This document shows, piece by piece, positions 20,092 to 29,847 of a stretch of DNA of 64,000 nt. A program made the position numbers and the translations under genes. Numbering within the stretch: the first letter of the stretch is position 1; each line of letters starts with the position of its first letter. Source of the DNA: an uncultured Verrucomicrobiota bacterium (GTDB lineage: Bacteria; Verrucomicrobiota; Verrucomicrobiia; Limisphaerales; UBA9464). The notes below the pieces were generated by a model. The model saw nothing but the letters and a program-made list of their open reading frames with translations. It was not told where the DNA came from and searched no databases. Where the stretch lies: NCBI GenBank assembly GCA_903939515.1, contig CAJAHH010000123.1:29106-93105 (forward strand), written 5' to 3'.

Positions 20092-20416
20092 AGTCGGAGG
20101 CCGGAACGGCTTTTGACCGCTACAGCGCCCCGCGGACTCGGCAATGGGCGCAAGGTTTGATCTCGGGGCAGGGGTGCTGATTGTCGGAAAGGATTGTGGA
20201 AGCTGAGCGGTGGCTTCGGCTGCGGCTCAAGGATGAATCTTTGGATGCTTTCGAACCCTTTGACGCATTTGGGACTTTCAGCGGAGTCGTGATGCTCGAC
20301 CGCCGACAAATCCCGTTTCGAAGGCTCGGGACCACGAGTAGAGGAATTGAACAACCCTGAACAACCCTCACAGACGTCGGACAGATTTTCGGATTTCATC
20401 ACTTCACTTCATCGCC

Positions 20417-23400
20417 ATGCCCAGCTTGCCTGTTCTCGCTCTCACCGCGGTTTTCCTGACGGCGCTTCCCCTGGTGGCCGAAGTGCCCCGGCATCCGAAG
20501 TTCGGTTTTCCGGTATATACCAACGCGCCGTCGGGACGGCAGTTGGCGGGCCAGCACAAGCCGGCCGACAACCCGGCCTACAGCCCCGAAGAAGCCCGCA
20601 AGCGCTTCACGCTGTTGCCGGGCTTTGAAGCGCGGCTCTTCGCCTCGGAGCCCGAAGTGGTGAATCCCGTAGCGATGACCTGGGACGATCGGGGGCGCCT
20701 TTGGGTGGTGGAACTTTACGAGTATCCGCTGGGCACCAAGCCGGGAGAGAAGGGGCGCGACCGCATCAAGGTGCTTGAAGACACCGACGGCGACGGCCGA
20801 GCCGATTCGGTCAAGGTGTTTGCCGACGGGTTCACCTTGGCTACGGGCATTCTAGTGGCCAATGGCGGCGTGTATTTGGGGGCTGCTCCCAATTTGTATT
20901 TCCTCGAAGACACCGACGGGGATCTCGTCGCCGACAAGCAAACTATCGTCCAGACCGGCTTTGGTCTCGAAGACCGGCACGAGCTCCTCAATGGCTTTAC
21001 TTGGGGACCCGACGGACAGATGTACATGACCCACGGGGTGTTCACCCGGACCCAGGCCGTGGATCCGGCCCAGCCTGGAGAACCCGTGTTGCTAACAGCG
21101 GGGGTGGCCCGCTTCCAGCCCAAGACCCGGCGCATGGAGATCTTCGCCGAGGGCACATCCAATCCGTGGGGGGTCGACTTCGACGCCCGGGGCAACGCCT
21201 TCGTCAGCGCCTGCGTCATCGATCATTTCTTTCACCTCGCTCCGGGAGGTCTCTACCAGCGCCAGGCAGGGCAGCCGCCCTATCCCTACGCCTACGACCT
21301 GCTCCCCAGTATCGTCGACCACAAGCACTCCATGGCGGCGTACGCCGGTGTGAATATTTATCAGGGCGATCAGTATCCGGCGGAGTTCCGCGGCATGGCC
21401 CTCCAGGGAAACATCCATGACAATGCCATTCATCGCGATCGATTGACCCCTCGGGGCAGCACGTTCCTTGCCTCGGCTGATGGTGATTTTTTGCGGGCCA
21501 ACGACGGGTGGTTCATGCCGGTAAGCATGCAAACTGGCCCCGACGGCGCGGTGTGGGTGATGGACTGGTACGACAAGTACCCCTGCTATCAGAATGCGGG
21601 AGCCGACCCGGAAGGCGTGGATCGTGAGCGTGGACGCATCTGGCGTATTGTTTGGGCCGGAGACCAGCCCGGTCGACCCGTGCCGTCGCGGCCTGCTGGG
21701 CTCGCCTTGTCCGAGCGGAGCACCGTTGAACTGGTTCAGACCTTGGGTCATTCCAACGTCTGGCACCGTCGCATGGCCCAGCGAATTCTTTCTGAACGCC
21801 CGGATATTGCTTCTCAGAAATCCGTACTCTTCACCCGCCTGAAGTCTTCGGGCTCCGAAGACGCCCGCTTGGCCGCCCTCTGGACCTTGTTCAGCGCAGG
21901 CTTGGCCGATGATGCCGTTCTCGACGAGGCGGCCGATACGTCCGTGCCGTCGCTGCGCATGTGGGCGGCGCGTTTCAGCGGTGAGAACAACCGCATCACC
22001 GAGCGAGTCCACAAGCGTCTCGAATTGTTGGCCACCGATGAAAATCCGACCGTGCTCGCCGCAGTGGCTACGGCCTTGCGTCAGTTTTCCGGCGGCTCGT
22101 TGACGGTCAATACGGCCCCGACCCACGACATCGCTGTTCTGGGCCCGGCGGTGACGTCGGTGGCCGAGAAACTTCTCGGGACCGCCAAGGCTTCCACGGA
22201 TCGCGACTTGCCCTTTTTGTTGTGGATGGCCCTCGAGCCCAACTTGCTCTACGACCCCAACATCACGGCCGCCTGGTTCCAGGAGAAGGGAGAACGCTAC
22301 CTGCCCATGTCCGGCAAACTGGCCTACAAGATGGTCCGCCGTTTCTGCGACGCCCGGAAGGATTGGCTCGTGGACAAGACGCTAGAGATCGTTCAGGCCC
22401 TCGACTCGGCCTCGCCGCTGATCCCATACCTGCTGGATGGCCTGATCGATGGTCAGCGGGGCAAGGCTTTGGCTCCCACCAAACCCACGGAGGCGCTGCT
22501 CCAGAAACTCTTCTCCAGCTCGAATCTTGCCACTGTGGGCAAGGCCCGGCAGCTGGGCGCCTTGTGGGGGGATGTCGGCGCACTGCGGGCGCAGTTGGCA
22601 CGTGTGGGTGACACAGCCCTCCCAGAGACCGAACGACTGGAAGCGATCCAAGGGCTCCGCAATCAGCGCGGCGAAGAGGGGCGGCGGGCGCTGCTGGCCT
22701 TGGCGGGATCTGATGCTTCCGATGCGCTCCGCGTGGCCGCCATCCGCGTGTTGGCCGAGACGGGTAATGACGAAACCGCTCGCCAGTTGCTTGCTCACTG
22801 GAAGGCCATGACCCCGGCGGTGCGCACGGCTGCCGCCCAGTTCTCCACCACTCGGGGCGCCTGGAAGCGGGCCCTCTACAACGCCCTCGACCGGGGCGAG
22901 ATCGCCAAGGCCGACATTCCGGCCACGACAGTGCGTTCGTTGTTGGGTTCGCAGAATCCGGATGAACGGGAGAAGGCCGGTCGCCTGTTCGGGCGGTTTC
23001 AGGCCTCGGGCCCGGAGATCCTTCAGCGTATCGCCGCCAAGCGGAAGGTGGTGATTGATGGCCCGGTGGACCTCAAGGCGGGGCAGGAAATTGCGCGCAA
23101 GACATGCCTGCTCTGTCACCAGTTGCACGGAGAAGGCGCTGCGGTGGGGCCTGATTTGACGGGCGTCGGTCGTAGTTCGCTCGATGCGCTCCTGCACAAT
23201 GTCATCAACCCCAACGAAATCATCGGTCAGGGTTACGAGAATGTCGAAGTCGAGACCGTCGACGGTCAGACCCACAGCGGGCGGATGGTCGAGAATACGG
23301 CCAACCGGGTGAAACTGCTCATGGCTGGTTCGAATGAAGTGGTGATCGATCGATCCAACGTGAAGGCGTTGCGCGTGACCCCCAATTCGGCGATGCCCGA

Positions 23401-24016
23401 AGGGCTAGACCAGATGCCCGACGCCGATTTCCGCAATCTCATTTGGTTCATTCTCGCGCCGCCTCAAGATGGCAAGCCTCTGACGCCGCAGCGCCGCAAG
23501 GAACTCATTGGTGAAACCTCCGCGGTGCTCCCCGATGCCAACAACAAGGGCCCGGCCGCGGCCACTGATGGTGAGTCCATTGCGCTCTGGGCCCCGGGTT
23601 GGCAGGTCGATTGTCCGGAGTTTGAAGGCGCGCCCGCCAAGTACCCCGAAGCGGTGGGTCGGCGCAATGTGCTCATGACCCATCCCATCGACGCCCGGCG
23701 ACCGGCGGCCTTGGTCCGCGCCATCAACTTGCCGCGGGAAGGTAAGACAGCCCTGAAGTTCGCGGTCGCCGCCCATGACCAAGGTGATTGGGAGCTTCGG
23801 GTAGTCATTGACGGTGAAGTGATTCACCGACAACCGGTCACTCACGAGGCCCCCCGCTGGAAGGATGTCTCCCTCGATCTCACCCGCTACGCCGGCCGCC
23901 GCGTGGTCATTCGCCTCGAGAACGCCGCCACCGACTGGTCCTGGGAATTCGGCTACTGGGCCGACCTGCGCCTCGAGACTGGCGAGACCCTTCAGGCACG
24001 CGCCGAAGGACGGTGA
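20417..24016 (+). CDS. PVC-type membrane-bound dehydrogenase with heme-binding CxxCH domain
   Basis: GFEARLFASEP.VVNPVAMTWDDRGRLWV beta-propeller; HEAT-like repeats; CLLCH with VGPDLTG and SAMPEGL; extra C-terminal beta domain. Confidence 0.9.
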   Translation: MPSLPVLALTAVFLTALPLVAEVPRHPKFGFPVYTNAPSGRQLAGQHKPADNPAYSPEEARKRFTLLPGFEARLFASEPEVVNPVAMTWDDRGRLWVVELYEYPLGTKPGEKGRDRIKVLEDTDGDGRADSVKVFADGFTLATGILVANGGVYLGAAPNLYFLEDTDGDLVADKQTIVQTGFGLEDRHELLNGFTWGPDGQMYMTHGVFTRTQAVDPAQPGEPVLLTAGVARFQPKTRRMEIFAEGTSNPWGVDFDARGNAFVSACVIDHFFHLAPGGLYQRQAGQPPYPYAYDLLPSIVDHKHSMAAYAGVNIYQGDQYPAEFRGMALQGNIHDNAIHRDRLTPRGSTFLASADGDFLRANDGWFMPVSMQTGPDGAVWVMDWYDKYPCYQNAGADPEGVDRERGRIWRIVWAGDQPGRPVPSRPAGLALSERSTVELVQTLGHSNVWHRRMAQRILSERPDIASQKSVLFTRLKSSGSEDARLAALWTLFSAGLADDAVLDEAADTSVPSLRMWAARFSGENNRITERVHKRLELLATDENPTVLAAVATALRQFSGGSLTVNTAPTHDIAVLGPAVTSVAEKLLGTAKASTDRDLPFLLWMALEPNLLYDPNITAAWFQEKGERYLPMSGKLAYKMVRRFCDARKDWLVDKTLEIVQALDSASPLIPYLLDGLIDGQRGKALAPTKPTEALLQKLFSSSNLATVGKARQLGALWGDVGALRAQLARVGDTALPETERLEAIQGLRNQRGEEGRRALLALAGSDASDALRVAAIRVLAETGNDETARQLLAHWKAMTPAVRTAAAQFSTTRGAWKRALYNALDRGEIAKADIPATTVRSLLGSQNPDEREKAGRLFGRFQASGPEILQRIAAKRKVVIDGPVDLKAGQEIARKTCLLCHQLHGEGAAVGPDLTGVGRSSLDALLHNVINPNEIIGQGYENVEVETVDGQTHSGRMVENTANRVKLLMAGSNEVVIDRSNVKALRVTPNSAMPEGLDQMPDADFRNLIWFILAPPQDGKPLTPQRRKELIGETSAVLPDANNKGPAAATDGESIALWAPGWQVDCPEFEGAPAKYPEAVGRRNVLMTHPIDARRPAALVRAINLPREGKTALKFAVAAHDQGDWELRVVIDGEVIHRQPVTHEAPRWKDVSLDLTRYAGRRVVIRLENAATDWSWEFGYWADLRLETGETLQARAEGR

Positions 24017-24112
24017 CGGGTGCGTTTTCGGGGTTATTGAACCGATAGTTCGTCCGTTGTTGGGCCCCGCACAGGCTGAGCAACGCAACTTGGCTCTCGC
24101 CGCAGGCGTGCG

Positions 24113-25096
24113 TCAGTGACCGGGCTGAGATCCGCCCGTTGCGAAGGCATCCCAACCGCCTCCGAATTGTGCGAGGAAGTGTAAGGGATAGGCCCGGTGC
24201 AAGACATACACGGGCAGGAGGATAACCACGTGGACAAACGGCACTAGTAGCAGGCAACAGGCACCGCAGGTGAGGACCGCGAACAAGACGACCGCGAGCA
24301 CGGTGACGATGGCTAGCGGGATTTGAACCAGCAGGTACAGCAGGAAGGACGTCGGGAAGCGGATCATCTGAGCCCCCAGCACCCCCCAGGCTTTCCGGCA
24401 CCCGCACCGGTGCGTGAATTGGATCGGTACCACGAATTCCGTGGTCAGCCAGCCCACCAGTAAAAGGAAGAGGGTCCCCAGACCCATCGGTGTCAGCAGT
24501 ATGAGGAGTTCGATGTCGAACAGCGTCATGTATCGTAAGCCTCCCAGAAGCATCATTCCTGCAAAAGCGAGCATGAGCAGCGCTTGCAGCAGGCCGAGCA
24601 CCAGCCGGAACCGGAACAGGCTGTTGGCTTCGCGCGCGAATTCGTGCCAGGGGCTTGAGAGGCCGGTTTCGTTTCGAGTCACTCCAGCCACGAAGACGAG
24701 ATCGCCGCGGCTATTGAGCCAGATGAGCGCCACCCAGACCGTCAGTGCCAGCACGCCCAGAAAAGCCAGCAACGGTACCATCCAGATCCAATGATCACGA
24801 ACGGTCGAGAGGACCTGCTCGAACCACTCGACCAGATCACTCGCGAATCTCGATGAGACGTCCCAGCGGATGGGGCCGAGCTTGGATTCGGTTCGGCTGG
24901 CCTGAGTCTGGAGGCCCGTGATCCCGAAATGGGTCAACTGGCTCAGCCAGGCCATGAGTCCGAGCAGCAACCACCGCGAAAGTAGGAAGGAGCTGAAGAG
25001 AATTCGACGTGTGGTGGCGAAGGCGGATTCCAGCGGCCAAATCGGGTCAATCCAGCGAACCGCGGGAGGAAGGGGAGCGGGATCAGCTGGTTTCAT
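24113..25096 (-). CDS. Hypothetical multi-pass membrane protein
   Basis: 327 aa with about 6 hydrophobic segments; FVVPIQ; TCGACCLLLVPF. Confidence 0.75.
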   Translation of the reverse strand: MKPADPAPLPPAVRWIDPIWPLESAFATTRRILFSSFLLSRWLLLGLMAWLSQLTHFGITGLQTQASRTESKLGPIRWDVSSRFASDLVEWFEQVLSTVRDHWIWMVPLLAFLGVLALTVWVALIWLNSRGDLVFVAGVTRNETGLSSPWHEFAREANSLFRFRLVLGLLQALLMLAFAGMMLLGGLRYMTLFDIELLILLTPMGLGTLFLLLVGWLTTEFVVPIQFTHRCGCRKAWGVLGAQMIRFPTSFLLYLLVQIPLAIVTVLAVVLFAVLTCGACCLLLVPFVHVVILLPVYVLHRAYPLHFLAQFGGGWDAFATGGSQPGH

Positions 25097-25231
25097 GAAA
25101 GGATATCAACGGAGGTTGGCCACATCAGCCTCCCGGGAAGAGCTGTTGGCAACGATTGAATTGATGATTTGAATCATTGATCGAAGTATTTCCAGTCTCC
25201 GGTCAGACGATCCTCCGGTCAGACGTTTCGA

Positions 25232-26245
25232 TCAGCCTTCATTTCGCAGCGCCGTCGCCATGTCGCGGGCGAAGTAGCTGAGGATCCAGTCGGCGCCGGC
25301 GCGCTTAATGGCCAAGAGGCTTTCATTGCGAGTGGCCACAAGGTCGAGCCATCCAGCGCGGGCTGCGGCGTGAATTTGAGCGTATTCGCCGCTCACCTGA
25401 TACGCAGCCAAGGGCAACCGTGTTTGCCGCCGCAATTCGGCGAGGATGTCGAGGTAGGGACCCGCCGGCTTGACCATTAGCGCGTCGGCCCCTTCCTGCT
25501 CGTCGAGCAGGGCATCTTTCAGGGCCTCCCGTGGATTCGCTGGATTGAGTTGGTAGGTGCGCTTGTCGAGCGATCGGGTGCCGGCCGCCTGGGCACTGCC
25601 GACGGCTTCGCGGAAGGGACCGTAGTAGGCCGAGGCGAACTTGGCGCTGTAGGCCAGGATGCCGGTGTTTCCGTGCCCTGCCGAATCGAGCGCGTGGCGG
25701 ATGGCTCGCACTCGGCCGTCCATCATGTCGCTGGGGGCCACGAAGTCGGTGCCTGCCGCCGCGTGCAAGGCGGCCATTTCTCCCAGCACGGTGACAGTGG
25801 CGTCGTTGTCCACATCGTGGCCATCGGCGGTTAACAGGCCGTCATGTCCGTGGCTGGTGTACGGATCGAGGGCGATGTCGGTGAAGAGCACCAACTCGGG
25901 CACTGCCGCCTTGATCGCACGCACGGCGCGCAGCACCAGGCACTCGGGGTTCAGTGCCTCGCGGCCGTCCGGAGTCTTGAGTTCGCTGGGTGTGACCGGA
26001 AAGAGCGCGATGCCGCGAATGCCTAGTTCGAAGAGTTCTCGCGCCTCGCGGACCAGGTCGTCGAGGTTGAGCCGGAAGACCCCAGGCATCGACCCCACGG
26101 CCGTCGGCGCCCCACAACCTTCTTGGACAAACAGCGGCGCGATGAAGTCCGAGGGATGAAGCCGGACCTCCTGCACCATCTCGCGGATGGCCGCACCGCG
26201 TCGCAACCGTCGGGCCCGAAGGGCTGGAAACCCCGCTGAACTCAT
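25232..26245 (-). CDS. hemB: Porphobilinogen synthase (delta-aminolevulinate dehydratase)
   Basis: RARRLR, DIALDPYTSHGHDG, APSDMMDGR, YSAKFASAYYGPFREA, LMVKPA, AYQVSGEY. The metal site is Asp-rich rather than Cys-rich. Confidence 0.97.
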   Translation of the reverse strand: MSSAGFPALRARRLRRGAAIREMVQEVRLHPSDFIAPLFVQEGCGAPTAVGSMPGVFRLNLDDLVREARELFELGIRGIALFPVTPSELKTPDGREALNPECLVLRAVRAIKAAVPELVLFTDIALDPYTSHGHDGLLTADGHDVDNDATVTVLGEMAALHAAAGTDFVAPSDMMDGRVRAIRHALDSAGHGNTGILAYSAKFASAYYGPFREAVGSAQAAGTRSLDKRTYQLNPANPREALKDALLDEQEGADALMVKPAGPYLDILAELRRQTRLPLAAYQVSGEYAQIHAAARAGWLDLVATRNESLLAIKRAGADWILSYFARDMATALRNEG

Positions 26246-26319
26246 GCCGCTAGCGTGGCCGATTGTCGCGCGGGATACAAACCGAGTTCCCGACGGTCGA
26301 AGTGAAGCTGATGCGTTCG

Positions 26320-26417
26320 GGGAACGGTTTCCGAATTGGGCTCAGTGAATAGCCTACGGGCAAATCGTGACACGCACACGGTTAAGATCGTTCGGGAGCT
26401 TCGAGACCGACCTGCCG
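26320..26417 (+). repeat. Degenerate direct copy A of a coding fragment also found at 30096-30189
   Basis: GGGAACGGTTTCCGAATTGGGC...ACGCACACGGTTAAGATCGTTCGGGAG...ACCGACCTGCCG versus GGGAACGATTTCCGAATTGGGC...ACGCACACGGTCAAGATTGTTCAGGAG...ACCAACCTGCCG. Confidence 0.8.
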
Positions 26418-26826
26418 CCACCCCGCCTCCGGGCTGTGTTCCTTCTGTGCGGTGGAATACCAGTGGATGCCCTGCCGCAGTGCGGTGATGAATCCCTCGC
26501 GGCGAACCAGGTTGATTGAATGGGTTTGGTCTTAAGCACCTGCTTGGCCAGACGCGCCGCATCTCCCCGAGTCCAACGGGCGGACGGGGTCCGTTTGCAG
26601 GCCACCAACCGTCGATTGCTCCCTCAATACGTTGAGGTTGAGAGGGAGGTTGTGCGTTGGGTGGGCCAAGACGAGCGCGACCCATGCGCCGAGTCATTTC
26701 CTTGCCGCAGACTGTGTTGCCGGACATCCAGTGAAGGTTTCGTCCGGAGATGACTCCATTGGAGACCGATCCGGCGTCAACTCCGGTCATCTTGCTGTTC
26801 CTTCGAGATTGTGATGAAGATCGGTT

Positions 26827-26858
26827 GGTTATAGCGAATGAAGCGGTTATAGCGTTTG
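26827..26858 (+). promoter_or_regulatory. 9-bp-period direct repeats, candidate operator for the HTH_17 protein
   Basis: GGTTATAGC/GAATGAAGC/GGTTATAGC/GTTTG, about 45 nt before ATG 26899. Confidence 0.5.
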
Positions 26859-26898
26859 ATGGTTGATATTCGACCCCGGTTACCGAACATTCGGTGCC

Positions 26899-27351
26899 AT
26901 GCTGACAACGCGAATACATCGTCTGGATCCGTCCCTCATTCCGGAGGAACAGCTCGTCGAGGTGGCCAAGGCCTTCGCGAAGTCGGATGACGTTGTTCTG
27001 ATCGACTCGCAGGGCAAACAAACCCACATCCCCGAAGCCTTGTTCGCCCATTTTGCCAGGATTGTCCGGATCATGTCAGAGCGGAGGGCCATCGTCATGC
27101 TGCCGGAGGATGAGGCCTTCACCACCCAGGCGGCGGCGAACTATCTCGGCATGTCCCGGCAGTTCTTCGTGAACCTGCTGGAGAAGGGCGAAATCTCGCA
27201 TCATCGCGTGGGCACGCACCGGCGTGTCACCTTTCGGGACCTGCTGGAGTACGAACGGAATCGGGACCGGACGCGACGTGAGGCCATGGACCAGCTGACC
27301 GATGAAGTCATCCAGGCCGGGAAGTATTTCCCTGTCACTGATCCGGCATAG
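26899..27351 (+). CDS. Excisionase-like (HTH_17) DNA-binding protein, putative antitoxin
   Basis: FTTQAAANYLGMSRQFFVNLLEKGEISHHRVGTHRRVTFRDLLEY; directly upstream of a PIN gene. Confidence 0.88.
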   Translation: MLTTRIHRLDPSLIPEEQLVEVAKAFAKSDDVVLIDSQGKQTHIPEALFAHFARIVRIMSERRAIVMLPEDEAFTTQAAANYLGMSRQFFVNLLEKGEISHHRVGTHRRVTFRDLLEYERNRDRTRREAMDQLTDEVIQAGKYFPVTDPA

Positions 27352-27362
27352 GCGCAGGCGCG

Positions 27363-27917
27363 ATGAGAGCTGATTTCAAGGTCGTGCTGGATGCGTGCGT
27401 CCTCGCCAACTACGGCGTGGCGAATCTGCTGTTGCTCCTGGCGGAGAAGCCACGCCTGTATCTTCCGGTTTGGAGCGACGAGATCCTCGCTGAAACCCGC
27501 CGGACCCAGATCGACAAACTGGGCTGGGAAGGGCGATTGGCCGAGCGTTTTGAAAGCCAATTGCGCAGCCAGTTTCCCGAATCGATGGTGACTGGATATG
27601 AACACCGGGTGGTTGACTGCGGCAATGACCCCAAAGACCGCCACGTGCTGGCCTGTGCCATTCACTGCCGGGCGGAATTGGTGCTGACGTTTAACCTGAG
27701 GGATTTCAAGGAAGAGGCCCTGGCTCCATGGCGGATCCAGGCCGTGCACCCGCAGGACTACCTGCTGACCCTGTTTGAGCTGGAGCCCTTACTGGTGATG
27801 CACCAACTCGGCGCAATCTCTCAAAAACGAGGTATGCTGGTGGAAGACCACCTGATTGACTTGGGTCGATTCTTACCCTCATTCGCATCGCGGCTCCTGG
27901 ACGAACTCGAATCGTAA
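27363..27917 (+). CDS. PIN domain protein (PIN_3/VapC-like), putative toxin
   Basis: VVLDACVL, WSDEILAE, DPKDRHVLACAI, TFNLRDF. Confidence 0.9.
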   Translation: MRADFKVVLDACVLANYGVANLLLLLAEKPRLYLPVWSDEILAETRRTQIDKLGWEGRLAERFESQLRSQFPESMVTGYEHRVVDCGNDPKDRHVLACAIHCRAELVLTFNLRDFKEEALAPWRIQAVHPQDYLLTLFELEPLLVMHQLGAISQKRGMLVEDHLIDLGRFLPSFASRLLDELES

Positions 27918-28004
27918 TGCAGATCGGCGTTCGCGCTGCCATCGCTGCCAGGCTGGTGTGCGTGACAATCGATTTTTTATCCAGAGAAGCAGCGGTGCTC
28001 GTTC

Positions 28005-29216
28005 TCAATACTCCGAACGAGCCGAAGCCTCTCCACTGGGAAGTACGCGAACCCGAAGACTCCGGCCGGAAGTTTCCATGTGGATGCCATTTACCCGGGC
28101 CCCGACCGAATGGGCTAGGCCGTCGGTGAAACGCAGATGAATCTCAGTTGCATCGCTAGGATCGTGCACCAACACGCACGGAAGCAGCCCATTGATTTCA
28201 CGGCGCCGATGGGGTTCCTGAATGAGGATTTGCACGTTGGAGTTAGTGCTTCCCGTGAATTCGATCGAGAAAGCAGAGGCGGATAACCGGGACAGCTCGT
28301 CCCAGGTCAACCCCAATGATCGGAGGTCGCTGTCTTGCACCTCGAACTCGAACTGACGGCGATCAAACGTCTCGGGCAAGGGATGGAATTCCATGGTTTG
28401 GAACACCCACCATCCGGAGTTCGTTAGGTAGTCGTTGCTCATCCATTCCATTCGTCGAATCCACCCCGTTGCTGCGTCGTGCCACAACCGGGTCGACCAG
28501 TCTGGGGTATGTTCTCCCAATTGAAGTCCGGGATCCCGCCGTTCGCCCACCCAACAGCCCTCCAGACCGACCTGAGGCTCTGGCTCGCTAGAGGCTGCGG
28601 TTTGGGATGACGGAATGAATTGGCTACGCAGAGAGTTCAACGCAGGAGCCACAACAGTATCCAGGCGAGGCTGCGCCGAATTCAGTCGGAATCGGCGCTC
28701 ACCGGTTTGGCTGTTCTCGTAAAGTTCCCAGTTCCGCTGATTCCAAGTTCTCTCGGACCCTCGGATGGTCAGCCACTGGGCAAGGCCCTGATCTGAAATC
28801 TTGTAATGGATATCGGTTCGAACCAGGGGATTCGCCGGGTGCACCGAGGTGCTGAAGTTGGGCCAGGCATTGATGTTCTGCGATGGATCGCGCAGCACCA
28901 TTTGGGGAGAACCTGAACGTTCGTGCTGAATGACATGCAGGCTGCGGACGCTTCGAATGAGATCGCCGGCCCCGGCAAAGGAACGTGCTCCGCCAAAAGG
29001 CTGGAACAACAGCAGTAGAACGAAACACAGGGCACCTGCGAGACCTGTCAGCGGCCAGCGCAAGGTGGGCCATGCGAAAGACAGGCGGCGGTGCGTCCGT
29101 GGTGGCGGGATCTGGATCTGGCGTAGATCCCGTTTCAAATCGGCCAAGAGATCGGCGGGTGGCACCGGAACCGGAGTCGAGGTCAGGCGGCCGGCGATTT
29201 GGGAGTCCGAGAGCAT
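28005..29216 (-). CDS. Putative single-pass anti-sigma factor with a large periplasmic domain
   Basis: About 50-aa N-terminal cytoplasmic part, one TM segment (WPLTGLAGALCFVLLLLF), 12 nt downstream of the ECF sigma gene. Confidence 0.7.
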   Translation of the reverse strand: MLSDSQIAGRLTSTPVPVPPADLLADLKRDLRQIQIPPPRTHRRLSFAWPTLRWPLTGLAGALCFVLLLLFQPFGGARSFAGAGDLIRSVRSLHVIQHERSGSPQMVLRDPSQNINAWPNFSTSVHPANPLVRTDIHYKISDQGLAQWLTIRGSERTWNQRNWELYENSQTGERRFRLNSAQPRLDTVVAPALNSLRSQFIPSSQTAASSEPEPQVGLEGCWVGERRDPGLQLGEHTPDWSTRLWHDAATGWIRRMEWMSNDYLTNSGWWVFQTMEFHPLPETFDRRQFEFEVQDSDLRSLGLTWDELSRLSASAFSIEFTGSTNSNVQILIQEPHRRREINGLLPCVLVHDPSDATEIHLRFTDGLAHSVGARVNGIHMETSGRSLRVRVLPSGEASARSEY

Positions 29217-29228
29217 AGTTAGAGTGGT

Positions 29229-29810
29229 TTAGAATGAATGATTTAAGGAAGGGTTGGGCGGGGATGACATGCGACGGCGTAGTCGTTGGAGGGCGGAGTT
29301 CAACCGAACCTTCAAGGTGCTGAGCGGCATGGAGAGCACATCAGCGGCCTGGGTCTGGGTGAGTTGCTGACCGAAATGGAGGTGGATGATCTGCCGTTCC
29401 TCTTCTGGAAGTCTGGAGACTTCATTCCAAAGGTGCTGTTGCTCCTCAGCCTCGGCGACCGCTTCGAGGGGCGACGGGAGCAGACAAGGCTGGACCTGCC
29501 ACCCGGATTCTCCAATCGGTTCCATGGCAGTCCGGCCACGCAGCCAGTCTATCCAGGTGCAATAGGCGATCCTATGAATCCAGGTCCCCACGCTGGACGA
29601 CTCCCCATACTTCGGGAGCGATTTCCAGACTCGCTGAAAGGTGTCCTGCGTCAGATCTGCAGCATCCGCGTCGGAGGTGACCTGTCGACGGTGGTAGGCG
29701 AAGACCCGAGCATAGTGGGCCTCCAATAGGCTCTCGGCCGCCGACTTATCCCCCTGAACGGCCTGCCGGCACCATTCCCGGTCTCGTTGATTCGGACCCA
29801 TATCAGCCAT
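29229..29810 (-). CDS. ECF RNA polymerase sigma-70 factor
   Basis: Region 2 DAADLTQDTF...TWIHRIAY; region 4 LPEEERQII...LSTLKVRLNSALQRLR. Confidence 0.93.
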   Translation of the reverse strand: MADMGPNQRDREWCRQAVQGDKSAAESLLEAHYARVFAYHRRQVTSDADAADLTQDTFQRVWKSLPKYGESSSVGTWIHRIAYCTWIDWLRGRTAMEPIGESGWQVQPCLLPSPLEAVAEAEEQQHLWNEVSRLPEEERQIIHLHFGQQLTQTQAADVLSMPLSTLKVRLNSALQRLRRRMSSPPNPSLNHSF

Positions 29811-29820
29811 GTTTCCTGAT

Positions 29821-29847
29821 TAGTCGAAAGTCCGGTTTCGAGTAGCC
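29821..29847 (-). promoter_or_regulatory. Candidate autoregulatory ECF promoter GGCTAC-15-CGACTA
   Basis: Minus strand reads GGCTAC TCGAAACCGGACTTT CGACTA ATCAGGAAAC ATG. Confidence 0.4.

Noticed and set aside
25197..25225. CTCCGGTCAGACG direct repeat just after the hemB stop
   Set aside because: A 13-bp local duplication with no supporting context; probably slippage.
26242..27051. 269-aa minus-strand ORF upstream of hemB
   Set aside because: Overlaps the HTH gene in antisense, has low-complexity Arg/Pro/Gly composition and no recognisable domain.
26899..27351. Excisionase as evidence of a prophage or ICE
   Set aside because: No integrase, phage or conjugation genes are present; pairing with PIN fits a TA-like module better.
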